Shown here: positions 12,433 through 22,946 of the stretch, piece after piece
Position numbering within the stretch: position 1 is the stretch's first letter
Layout: the number at the start of each line of letters is the position of its first letter
DNA from: Zygophlyctis sp. KS116
Lineage: Eukaryota; Fungi; Chytridiomycota
Assembly: GCA_054661495.1 (NCBI GenBank)
Contig: BAAFSQ010000036.1
Coordinates: 1 to 32,000 of the forward strand
Reading direction: 5' to 3'
Length of the DNA stretch: 32,000 bases
Notes under the pieces: model-generated
What the model saw: the letters and a program-made list of their open reading frames with translations, nothing else
What the model was told of the DNA's origin: nothing
The model's database searches: none
Translations under genes and position numbers: made by a program

Positions 12433-14060
12433 ATGACATATCCAAAGGTAGCCATCATTGGGGCCGGTGCATCTGGCCTCTGTTCAATCAAGGAATGCCT
12501 GGATGCAGGATTAGATATTGTCTGCTTTGAACAGGAATCTGGTCTTGGAGGACTTTGGCGTCTTCATTCCTCTAAAAAGTCTAGTCATTCGTCTGTTTAT
12601 GACTCGACCGTTTGTAATACATCTAAACAGTAAATATTATTAATCGTTAATATTCAGGATGACTGCATTCAGTGACTTTCCGTTTCCAGAAGAATGGCCA
12701 ACTTATCTACCGGCTGATCTGATGGGCGAATATTTGGAAATGTATGCAGAGAACTTTGGACTACTTGACTGTATAAAATTCAATCGTATCATATCAAGTG
12801 TATCTCCACAGCTAGATATAAATGGTGAGCACAACGGAAGATGGGAGCTGGTTGTTGAAAACACACGGAAGAGAGGAGTAGAATTGAAAAGAAGAGAGGC
12901 ACCGCTAGATCTTGAATCTCTTTCTAATTCTTTGGATAATATCAAGGATAGTAAAGAACGGGGTAAAAAAATGGTATTTGATCGGGTAATTGTTGCAACC
13001 GGACACCACTGGAAACCAAATTTACCAGAATTTCAAGGGATGGAGTTATTTCAGGGTAAAACTATGCATTCAAATTCTTATGTAATTTTTTTATATTTAT
13101 GAAAAAGAAAGTTCCTTATCCATTCAAGGATTCATCAGTTTTAATTGTAGGATCTGGGTCAAGTGGCCTAGATATAGCTTCAGAGTTGGCATCTCATTCA
13201 AAACAAGTTTATGTGTCTTCTAGATCAGGTGCATGGGTACTTCCCAAATTTGGGTTTTTTGGATTACCAACTGATCAGGTAACTTCAAGAGCTTTGTATT
13301 CTCTTCCAAAGCCTGTAATTAATTTTGCATTTGAATCAATGTCCAAAATATACTCTGGTACATCATCTTTAAAGCCTTCACATGCACTCTTGGAAGGCCA
13401 GCCAACAATTAATGGAGAATTTGCTGAGAAAGTTGGATCTGGAAAAATCATTATCAAGCCAAACATTACACGCTTTTTGGATTTTGAAACTATACAATTT
13501 GAAGATGACTCTGAAATTAAAGTTGATACCGTCATTTACTGTACAGGATATAGAGTTGAAAATCACTTTTTAGAATCAAATCAAGTTCTTGGAAAGGAAG
13601 ATGGTTCTCCCAGAATTGTATCTTCATAATTCTAATTATTTAGCATTTATATAAGCATATATTTCCTATCAAATATAGAAATATTGCTTGGATAGGATTA
13701 GTTCAATCAACTTCTTCAATATTTCCTATTGCTGAAATGCAAGCAAGATGGGTCTCAAGAGTGTTTTCAGGTGAATTAAGTCTTCCATCCTTGAAGAAAA
13801 TGAGAGATGAACATGATCAAGACTGGATGATTCATTGTGACCGGTATATTGACAGAGAGCGTCTTTTACTCAAGGTTGATTACTTATCTTATATGGATAT
13901 GATTGCATCCAAAATTGGATGTCTTCCAGATCTTGGATCACTTTGGTTAAACGACTGGAAATTAGCATCTCAGTTATCTTTCGGACCTATTTTACCCAGT
14001 CAATATCGTTTATCTGGTCCTGGAACTTGGGCTGGAGCAAGGAAAGCGATTATGAGATAA
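12433..14060 (+). CDS. flavin-containing monooxygenase (dimethylaniline monooxygenase type)
   Basis: FAD motif GAGASG, ATGHH, FMO fingerprint FQGKTMHSNSY|K, NADP motif GSGSSG, YCTGY and EMQARW. Introns 12630-12657, 13082-13107 and 13618-13643. Confidence 0.93.
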
Positions 14061-14070
14061 GGTTAGAGTG

Positions 14071-15283
14071 ATGAATTTTGAAAGATTTCTTAATATTCAA
14101 GAACCGCTAATGCAAGTTTACAATTTAGAATTGTTATACATTCTTCTCATGACATTGCTAGGAAGTATAATCATGATCGCATGGGGTAATTTCATTCGCA
14201 ATTATTTACTACGATGGATAATTGCAAAGTTTGTTTTTTACATGCCTCTGAATAAAGAAATTGATTTTAAAGAAATAACGATCCTTGAATTTCTATCGGA
14301 CGGATTGAATATTAGAGTTGGCGGAGTAGTCAATGAATCGGCATTGTTAATTCCAGTTTATATTAAAGTATTCATCAAGGAAATATTCATTTTTGATACA
14401 GATGCTACAGAACCATTCTTTTCAGTCATTTTATCGGAACCGATTTTAATCGGCAAAGGAGATATGCACTTGGATCAAGAAATGCAAGTTAAAATATTAA
14501 AAAAGGAACGATTTCAAGAGTTTGTATGTCGAGGGATATTAGGAATGAAGCAATCAGATGTTAAACTAAAAGGGACTGGTGATTTTGATTTTTGGTTAGT
14601 TAAAGTATCAAACTTGGCATTAGAAAAAAACATTTATTTCAAAGATGGAGAAACAAGTGATTCAAGTGAATCAAAAATTATACCAAATATGATCTTTAAG
14701 CCGATGCCAGTTTTACCCAGTTTGTATATTTTTTTAGATTTTTTGATGTTTTAGAGGATCTATTGTTGGAGGTTGCATTATAGAATTTTCTTCTCCTCCG
14801 ATTCTTAGCTTCTCACTTCCAGTCATAAAATTCAATATTACTTTAAATGGATCGACGTTTGCTGGAGGAGACTTGCAAGGACTGATTATTGGACCAAATT
14901 CGTCATCAGTAAACGTGTCTATTCATTTGAAATCTGTTGTATTATCAAAAAATCCAGTAAAAGGAATAGCTTCAACTGCAAAAGGATTTCTAAAAGGAGC
15001 TGTTACAGGTACTTTAAATGGATTACTCTTTGGGAATTGGGGACATGGAATATCTATAGTTGGAGTTCATAAATTTGAATTGTATACTAGTTCTGGATTT
15101 AGAGTAAAATGGCTAGAAGAGGTCTTTGAAACTCTAGAGATAGAAAAAGATTTAGAAGCAGTTAAAAGATTAAGATCAAATGCGGGTAAAGTCGCAAAGA
15201 ATGTAAAAGATGGATTTGTTAATGTCTCTGGATCTTTTGTAGATGCAGCAGTTAAAAGTGGATCAAAGTGCGTAATTATGTAA
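14071..15283 (+). CDS. hypothetical membrane protein with N-terminal TM helix, beta-rich body and C-terminal CaaX motif
   Basis: TM segment LLYILLMTLLGSIIMIAW. A 31-nt intron at 14724-14754 joins the two track ORFs in frame. Ends KSGSKCVIM*. Confidence 0.65.
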
Positions 15284-15327
15284 TACCATAATATTTGTTT
15301 TATGTGAATCGGACCAAGACTTTTCCC

Positions 15328-17629
15328 ATGAATATGAACTCTAATTGCATAGAGATCCCTGTGCCTAAAGAATATTTACAGGCATGTAGCTCCATCAGAC
15401 ATGCCGAATTTACAAGTTTGAAATATACGCCAATTGTAGATTCGCCTGATGAGTTTGGCTCTTTATCTTTGCCCGAATACGAAATGAGGCAAAATGCTTT
15501 AGGAAGGCACACTGAATTATTTATTGTGATTACAATGTACAATGAGTCCGAAGTATTCCTTGCTAGGACACTTTCGGCAACAATTTTGAATATCAAGTAT
15601 CTCTGCGATCACCGGACAAAGCGATCGTGGGGGCCAAATGGATGGATGAATGCAGTCATTTGTATTATAGCTGATGGTGTATCAAATATCAATCAGAGAG
15701 TATTAAAACTTTTGAATATCATGGGAGCATTTCCTCTAGGATATGAATTAAGTTGTGTTTTTGGAGATAAACCAGTTATCGGACATCGATTCGAATTTAC
15801 AACTCAAGTATCTATTGATGAGAATCTTCAATTATTAACTCACAAGGATGGAATAATTCCTACACAGATTTGTTTCTTTCTAAAAGAGAAAAATGCGAAA
15901 AAGATCAACTCTCATAGATGGTTCTTCAATGCATTTGGGAAAAAATTAAATCCAAATATATGTATTCTTTTGGATGTTGGGACAGCTCCTAAAGAAAATG
16001 CATTTTATCATCTTTGGAGAGGTAATCATCATTTACTGTTAAATTGTAGCTTTTGATCGAGATTCACGGTTAGGCGGTGCATGTGGAGAAGTAATTACTG
16101 ATTGGAATAGAAAAACATTCTGGAATCCATTTGTAGCAAGTCAACATTTTGAATACAAGATGACAAACCAGTTGGACAAGCCATTAGAGTCGTTATTTGG
16201 ATACATTCAGGTTCTTCCTGGCGCATTCAGTGCTTATAGATACAGCGCACTTCAAAATTCAAAGGCAGAAATTGGTCCGCTTGCATCATATTTTAGAGGG
16301 GATAATCATACAAATTATTCTGATAACATTTTTTCCGCAAATATGTATCTTGCCGAAGATCGCATTTTATGTTTTGAACTTATTACAAAGGCTGGAGAGA
16401 GCTGGACCTTGAAATACGTTAAAAGTGCAAAAGCTATTACAGACGTACCAAAATCACTTCCTGAATTGATTTGTCAGGTATCTTGTAGTTTCATAATTTT
16501 TAGAGGAGGCGATGGCTAAACGGATCTTTCTTTGTTGCTGTTCACGCGGTTTCAAACATTTTTTGCATTTTCAATTCTTCGCATTCAATTCTTCGAAAAT
16601 TGATATACTGCTTTCAATTTTTATACATTTTGATCAATATTCTCATCAGCTGGTTTGCAATTGGAAATTATTACATCTTTTTCGTTTTTATATTCAGAAA
16701 TCTAGAGCAAAATGATCCTTTTATGGGTTATTCTAGGACAGTATTTGATATATTGAATTATGCTTACATTGCATGCATGTTAATTCTTCTTATATTGTCT
16801 TTTGGTAATCGACCACAAGGATCTTCAAAGCTTTATTATAGCTTAGCGGCTATGATGTCGATAAACGTTCTATTTGTATTGGGAGTGGGCTTTTATCAAA
16901 TATATTTGGTTCTCTCCAAGGTTGGATCGTGGATGGAATTTTGGACAGAGATGGGGAATCAAACTACACTACGCAATATTTTTATTTCTTTGGTATCTTC
17001 TTATGGTGTTTTTATTATCTCTGCAATTTTTTATGCTGATCCTCTTCATATTTTTACGTCTATTTTACAATATCTTATACTGATCCCAACTTGGATTAAT
17101 ATATTTATGGTATACGCTTTTGCTAATCTGCATGATACATCATGGGGTACAAAGGGGGCTCATTCGTTTCTAAATCAGTCATTGAGATCCACACCAGTTC
17201 TTGTGGGTGATGTTGGACAGAATTCACTCAATAAAATAAATTTGGAAACGCTTGAGCAACAATATCGAATCAATAAATGGGAGCTAAGTAAGCCAGAAAA
17301 AGATAAGAGGCCTGACAGTGATAAGCGTGCTAAATTGGATGATTATTTTAGGTAGCAAAATGATTTATAACTGTAGGGAATTCCGGACCAAACTTATGCT
17401 ACTCTGGGTGTTTTCTAATTTAGTTGTAATTTACTTGGTGACTGCTACATCATTTTTCTCATCAGATGGTGTACTGGGATCTAACGCATATATATCACTC
17501 CTATTCGTTTTATTTCTGTTGATCAGTATTCTGCGCCTATTTGGGTCTATGATGTATTTATTTGGATGTATAGTTGCATTTTTTAGTTTTTTTATGTTTA
17601 AGCATCAAATGTTTGTACCCAGAAGCTGA
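15328..17629 (+). CDS. CHS: chitin synthase (division 1, class I-III type)
   Basis: [38 protein letters not shown]|RRRW (split by intron 16478-16503) and DTSWGTKG. Other introns 16022-16049 and 17352-17376. Confidence 0.96.
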
Positions 17630-17630
17630 A

Positions 17631-19707
17631 TTATATTTTGCAATATATTAAATTACCCCAGTAACCTTTGTATCCAGGGACGATTGGACGTATAGCCACT
17701 TTAGCACTAAATTTCAGGTTATATGTTGAATTACGTTGTATTTGGAGTCAAGCCAGATATGACGATAGATGATGAATTTGCTCTTGTCACATACTCTTTC
17801 CCATTTACCTGGACATTATATTGCGTGACAGGTGCTTCATTCCAAGGAGCATTCCTGAAATGAGTAAATAATAGTTATGTACCATGCCATCCAAAGTTCA
17901 TCAGGCTTTCGTCGAGGATCTTGCAAGCATTCAGCTTCATTTATAGCAGCCGGTTTGATAAACGAGGCTTCAAAATAATTTGTTTCATATATATTTTTCA
18001 GTACAGTAGTTCTTGAAGCTTCCAAGGCATCGTCGATAGTATCTATGATCTCTATGAGGTTAACTTTAGTGTCTTGATAAATTCTATAAAGCCAAAAGGG
18101 AGAAGAGCAACATAGATGTTCAGGTACCGTGTTAGTAGATAGGATTTTCTCCTGCTCTTCTTTTGGCAAATGTACAATTCCACCATTCAACTGATCTCTG
18201 TTTGGATGTCCAACTGTACTATCTTCATCCTTATTTTCCCACGCTCGATAAATCATATCCATCCCCGGAAGTTCAGCAAGAGTCTTGTATGGTGTGTAAT
18301 TGTGACTGGGCACAGCAAAAGGAAATAATTCCAAAACTACTGTGCCTCGTCGACAAAACATTGTCATGACGACGATGGAACCATGCATGCCTATTACGAC
18401 TCTTGCTCGTCGTAAGTATTTGATTTGTTCTTCAAAAGAGTGATCTTCGTTACTCACCAAGACAACCTCTAATCCGTATTTCTTTTTTAATCCAGATAGC
18501 AACTCTTCTTGATTCAAAATCAATCTGTTTTTCTTTCTGATCAGGATGATTATCAGATCAGTCTCTTTAAGATCCATTGCTGAATTCTTATTTCCAAAAA
18601 GATTTGATTTTAGTTCGATAGGAGGAAAATTCAACTCGTTTTCATCAAAAGCATCTTTAATACCCAGCCTTTGTAAAATTGTCTTTGCAACATCCCGGAC
18701 ATATATTCCATTCAGTTCTTTATTCTGTATCTTGGCCTGAGGAATAAAAAATCCATATTGATAAAAAGTAGCAATCTTGTTATTTCCTAAAACAGCGTCT
18801 TTGAAACAAGTAATAGTATCTACCGATTCAACATATTTCCTAAATCGAAGCGGATAATCAGTGAAATAATGAAAAGGTCTGCTTGATTCAGTTTCACCGA
18901 ACTCGTCCATTATCATTAAATAATGATCGCGACTAAAAGGCTTACTATCTTGAGTTGCAGAAGCATATTCCTTTAGTGTAAAGAATAATCCCAATATATC
19001 ATCATGAAGATTATGCATAATATTATTTGGGTGTAGCCTTGAAAAAAGAAAATGCGTTTTAGTCTCATATCGCATCTTTACATTCTTAAATGTAGGATTA
19101 TATGGTGAGACTTCAGAGAAACGCCAGTAGAACTTGTTGTGTCCTTCTACCGTGTTAAGTTCGATGAAAAGATATTCTGTTTCATTAAAAGGTACGTATT
19201 GCATAACAGACTTTGATGTTTTAAGAATAAACCATTCTTTATGCTTTGGATGATAACATAAATTACGAATGCGGCACATACTACATACTTAGAAAATCAA
19301 TAAATACCGATAAAGTCGTTTTTCTCCTCTGCACCATACGTCTGAACTCGGCAGAGTCTTCCAAAAGTATGTTTTCGAAGTATCATTATGATCAACTCCC
19401 TTTGGCAATTGGTCAATCGTGTCTTCGTCTTTGTATTTACCCAATCTTTGCGGTTCCATACCTTCTAATGTAAATAGCGGATGAGCATACCGTTTACTGC
19501 TGCGCCTGCATTGTCTGATGATGGGTATTGAAACCACATCACAAAATACAGACATCCAAGAATTGTTATTGAGGCCAGAGTCAGGCGAAACCAGGGAATA
19601 GTATTCATTTTGTTCTTTTTATATTTATCATCGTCATGGATAGGCAAATCATCAAAAGAAGAAGAGCCTGACCGGTTCTTTAGTGTAGTCTTCTTTGAAC
19701 CTGCCAT
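17631..19707 (-). CDS. POMGNT2 (GTDC2/AGO61)-like GT61 glycosyltransferase with C-terminal FN3-like domain
   Basis: Type II TM anchor. Motifs CRIRNLCY, NIMHNLHDDIL, GMHG, ELFPFAV..HNYTPYKTLAELPGMD, GGIVHL and HLCCSSPFWLYRIYQDTKV. Introns 19465-19490, 19281-19307, 17855-17882 and 17707-17734; the last two add W|NAPWN...ISGLTPNT|TAKVAIRP (FN3-like). Confidence 0.88.
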
Positions 19708-19755
19708 TGGGAATTATCTCGCGTCTCGGAAAGATCTCAAGTTACAATTTATTAA

Positions 19756-21252
19756 TTATACAATCACTTTAGATCGGTAAATCTTATTATTCTACTCATT
19801 AATGTTTGTAATAGTTTACCCTTTGTACAGATTCTAGATCAAGTTCTGCCCTTCTTTTATCTCTTAACAAGTGTCCGATTTCTGCTTGAAGCTCTATTTT
19901 AGATTTTTTTAATTCATCAATCTCAAAATGAAGGCGAGATGTTTCAAGATTGAATTGATCAATATTGATTTTAAGATCATTCTTTGACTTTAACATGATT
20001 TCTGAGATTTGGTTATCCCTCTCTCTGATCAAACTTTTGTAATGATCTTCCATATAAATATTTGATTTTGATGCCTTAACTGCTTCATTTACTGCGGTAG
20101 TTTTCTCTGAATTAGAGCAATTTAGTAAATTATCAAGTTCTGCAATTCGGTTATGAGCAACTTCAAGTTCTGTCTTTTTCTTTTCCATTTCAAATATAAT
20201 CTTTTTAATCAATGATGAATGTTCATCAGTCAGAGAATGCAAGGTTTGCTTTGATCCATGTAATTTGCCTTTCAGATCTATAAAGTCCGAGTATTTTTCT
20301 ATTACCTGAAATCTCCTTGTTTAATAAAAGAAACTTTGTGCTTAGAATATTACTGCATTCATTAGAGTTTGTAAAAGATTCCAGTATATCGCTAAGACCA
20401 AGATTCTCGATGCAATTTTCATAGTCTTTCACTAAATCTTTTCTTGATTGAATCCATCGGCCTGCCCTTTCGTAATCATGTAGTAAATTTTGAAATTTCG
20501 TTTCGGACACTCCAATTTTGCTTTTTAAACGAGTACATTCTGCTTGTAATTCTTGGTTAAACTTTGAACCGATTTCAAACTTGTCGATCAATTCAAATAT
20601 CTGATTTGCCAGAAAACAATTTTCTTCCCTGTACCATTCCAAGTCTTGAACCGGATCTTGAATTAGTTAAAATTAAACACACTCTTTTCCTTTTTATTAT
20701 TGTCATTTTCCAATATTGAAATTTTCTCTTTGCATGCATCTAATTCTGATGTTAAAGATTGAGATTTAAATAGCTGCTGATTGCATTCATGACATTCATT
20801 TCTACAATTTTAAGAATTGATTGATCAAACCTAGATTTACAATCTAATTTCTTTTTCATTGATTTTACTGCTTTTTCTGCTAATGCCATTCTCTGATCAT
20901 ATGCCTTCAATATAGGAATTGCAGAAATCACATCCATCGCGTCCTTGGCATGTACCGTGTCTTTTAGCGAAGAATTCGGACATTCCTTGATTTGGCTAGA
21001 ATACCATTCCAATAATTGATTCTGTTTATGAACTTATATTAATATGGGTTTTTGAGTACTTATAGATTTCAAAGCTTCATCATTTGATTGATGATTTAAA
21101 GTAATATTTTGAGAATGTCCGATCGATGGAGGTGGTCGATTACTATATAGTAACTTTGTATCGAGCTTTCCTCTACTTCCAGGAGGAGGTATATCTTGAT
21201 CCTTTTCAATTTGATTTATTGGTAGACTTGATGGAGAGATATGCTCGGTCAT
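19756..21252 (-). CDS. long coiled-coil protein, possibly centriolar
   Basis: Track ORFs 21034-21252, 20752-21012, 20226-20642 and 19799-20242 join in frame through 26-29 nt GT-AG introns. Heptad-rich. The stop is 19799, or 19756 if a final 28-nt intron is used. Confidence 0.6.
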
Positions 21253-21428
21253 TACGTGTCGGTTTCTATAATCAAGTCGGCGATTTCTAAATTTTCAGGT
21301 AGTTATTCTCAACTCTGTTTAACAGAAAATAATTGAAGCTACTTTTTAATGAGGAAACACCAACACATGATTACGTCAGCATTTAAAATCAGGCGTTTTC
21401 CACCTCCAAACATCATAATCATAATAAA

Positions 21429-22061
21429 ATGACAGAAACTAAAGTTTCAATTAAAGGCATTCTTGTTAATGAATATCTCCCACCCTATTCTTTAAAGGAA
21501 TTCCATGAGCATTGTAAGAAATGCAAGTGTGAAGAACTGGTGGATGTTGTGGTTGCCATTTACACTTATCAATTAGACTATGAATCATCAGTTAATTATG
21601 AGAATTCTGCCGATCAGCAAGTTCTTGAACTAAACACAGATGAGGTTATTAAGGATCGCAAAAGAAACAGATCATTAACCAGCAAATTGATGCAATTGAT
21701 ATCCGGACGGAGAGTGTCCGAACAGTCATTTCCAAGGGAAGAAGTTGAAGTCGCTACAGAATCAATGCAAACAAAACAATCTTCACAATCTTCTAGCAAG
21801 AGAGCTTCTAATCCAAAATCTCTAGAACAAAAATTAGTATACATCATAAACACTTTTATAAAGCCAAACTCTCCAAGACAAATCAATATTCCTTTTATTA
21901 TATCTCAAAATTTGATGAAAAACTATGACTCTGGTAACAAAGGACCTAGTTTGTTTTCAGAATGTTTAGAGCACTGTGAAATGATTCTAAAAACATCTGC
22001 ACTGCCAAGCTTTGTTTCTGAAAGAAAACAATCTGCACTCAAATTAAGAGACTTAAACTGA
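21429..22061 (+). CDS. RGS (regulator of G-protein signalling) domain protein
   Basis: PPYSLKEFHEHC..EELVD...YIINTFIKPNSPRQINIP...LFSECLEHCEMIL..SALPSF is an RGS pattern with a low-complexity insert. Single exon. Confidence 0.75.
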   Translation: MTETKVSIKGILVNEYLPPYSLKEFHEHCKKCKCEELVDVVVAIYTYQLDYESSVNYENSADQQVLELNTDEVIKDRKRNRSLTSKLMQLISGRRVSEQSFPREEVEVATESMQTKQSSQSSSKRASNPKSLEQKLVYIINTFIKPNSPRQINIPFIISQNLMKNYDSGNKGPSLFSECLEHCEMILKTSALPSFVSERKQSALKLRDLN

Positions 22062-22072
22062 TACTGAAAAAA

Positions 22073-22790
22073 TCAGACTGGTTTTTGATATTCTGGCGGT
22101 AAATGATCTCTTGAATCTAAAACTTTAGGAGTAAAAACAATATGAGGTGGATGATAAACTTCAGTTTCTGAATTCTGACTTTCAGCATTGATTATCGCAG
22201 TGTTAATATAAGCCTCTAGTATGTTGACGCTTGTATTATGATGAGTAAATATGTTCATTTTATCCAGGCTTTGATGTAATAATGACGATAAGATAATCCG
22301 AAGTAATCTTCCATGTACTAAAACATTAGCAAGTAAAATTACAAACAAAGATTATCTTGGTCTCTGGTCTTTCCAAAATTGAATAAATTGCAGGAATAGC
22401 TCTACTTTCAACTTGTAGAGGCGATTCCCCGCCCGGACAAGCAGCAGTCAAGTTACCACCGTCCCAATCTTTAATCAGTGGTTTAACAATAGCATTAGAT
22501 TTCCCTTCAAAAACTCCCCAAGAAATTTCTTCCAATTCTTTAACTTCAAGGATTGGAACATCTGGATGGTTCTCCAAGACTATAGCTGCTGTTTCCTGTG
22601 TCCGGATTAAATTAGTAACAATTGCCAAGTCAAATGGAACATTTGCTAGCGAGTCTCTCAGATATTCAGCCTGCTGCCGTCCTCTGGGACTTATTCCTAG
22701 ATTTGATCCAGAGCCTTGTAGACATCCACTGGCATTTTGATCAGTCTCTGCATGTCGGACAAAGTATAGCTCTTTAATCTGGGGCATCAT
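22073..22790 (-). CDS. histidine phosphatase / phosphoglycerate mutase family protein
   Basis: LYFVRHAET, LEEISWG and PGGES. A 25-nt intron at 22318-22342 restores IFV|LHG. First ATG is 22790; the track ORF starts at an upstream TTG. Confidence 0.88.
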
Positions 22791-22801
22791 GTTATGTTTA
22801 G

Positions 22802-22909
22802 ACTGATTATTGAGCATGTGATACAACAACTGACGTGCTAATAACCAGTGCCCGCAGCCAGTCCCCTGGGACCACTCCTGGAACCACTTACTTAGGGCGA
22901 GTTTCCCAT
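22802..22909. other. GC-rich structured non-coding element (candidate ncRNA or cis-regulatory RNA), family unassigned
   Basis: 45/80 GC at 22831-22910 in an AT-rich background. Long imperfect hairpin 22802-22849, plus nested GCCC/GGGC and CCAG/CTGG stems. Confidence 0.45.
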
Positions 22910-22946
22910 TCAAAATAAAATTTTACTGTCAACTAGATACATTATA

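Noticed and set aside
19756-21252. CEP89-like identity of the coiled-coil protein (PILKAYDQRM)
   Set aside because: One short resemblance within low-information coiled coil; needs a profile search.
22791-22913. RNase P/MRP, TPP or cobalamin riboswitch, SECIS, HDV/hammerhead or telomerase identity for the structured element
   Set aside because: Only isolated words match (GGGAAACTC, CCCTAA, TGA/CTGA). The required pairings or cores are missing: no P4 complement, no CTGAGA, SECIS helix too short, no repeated template.
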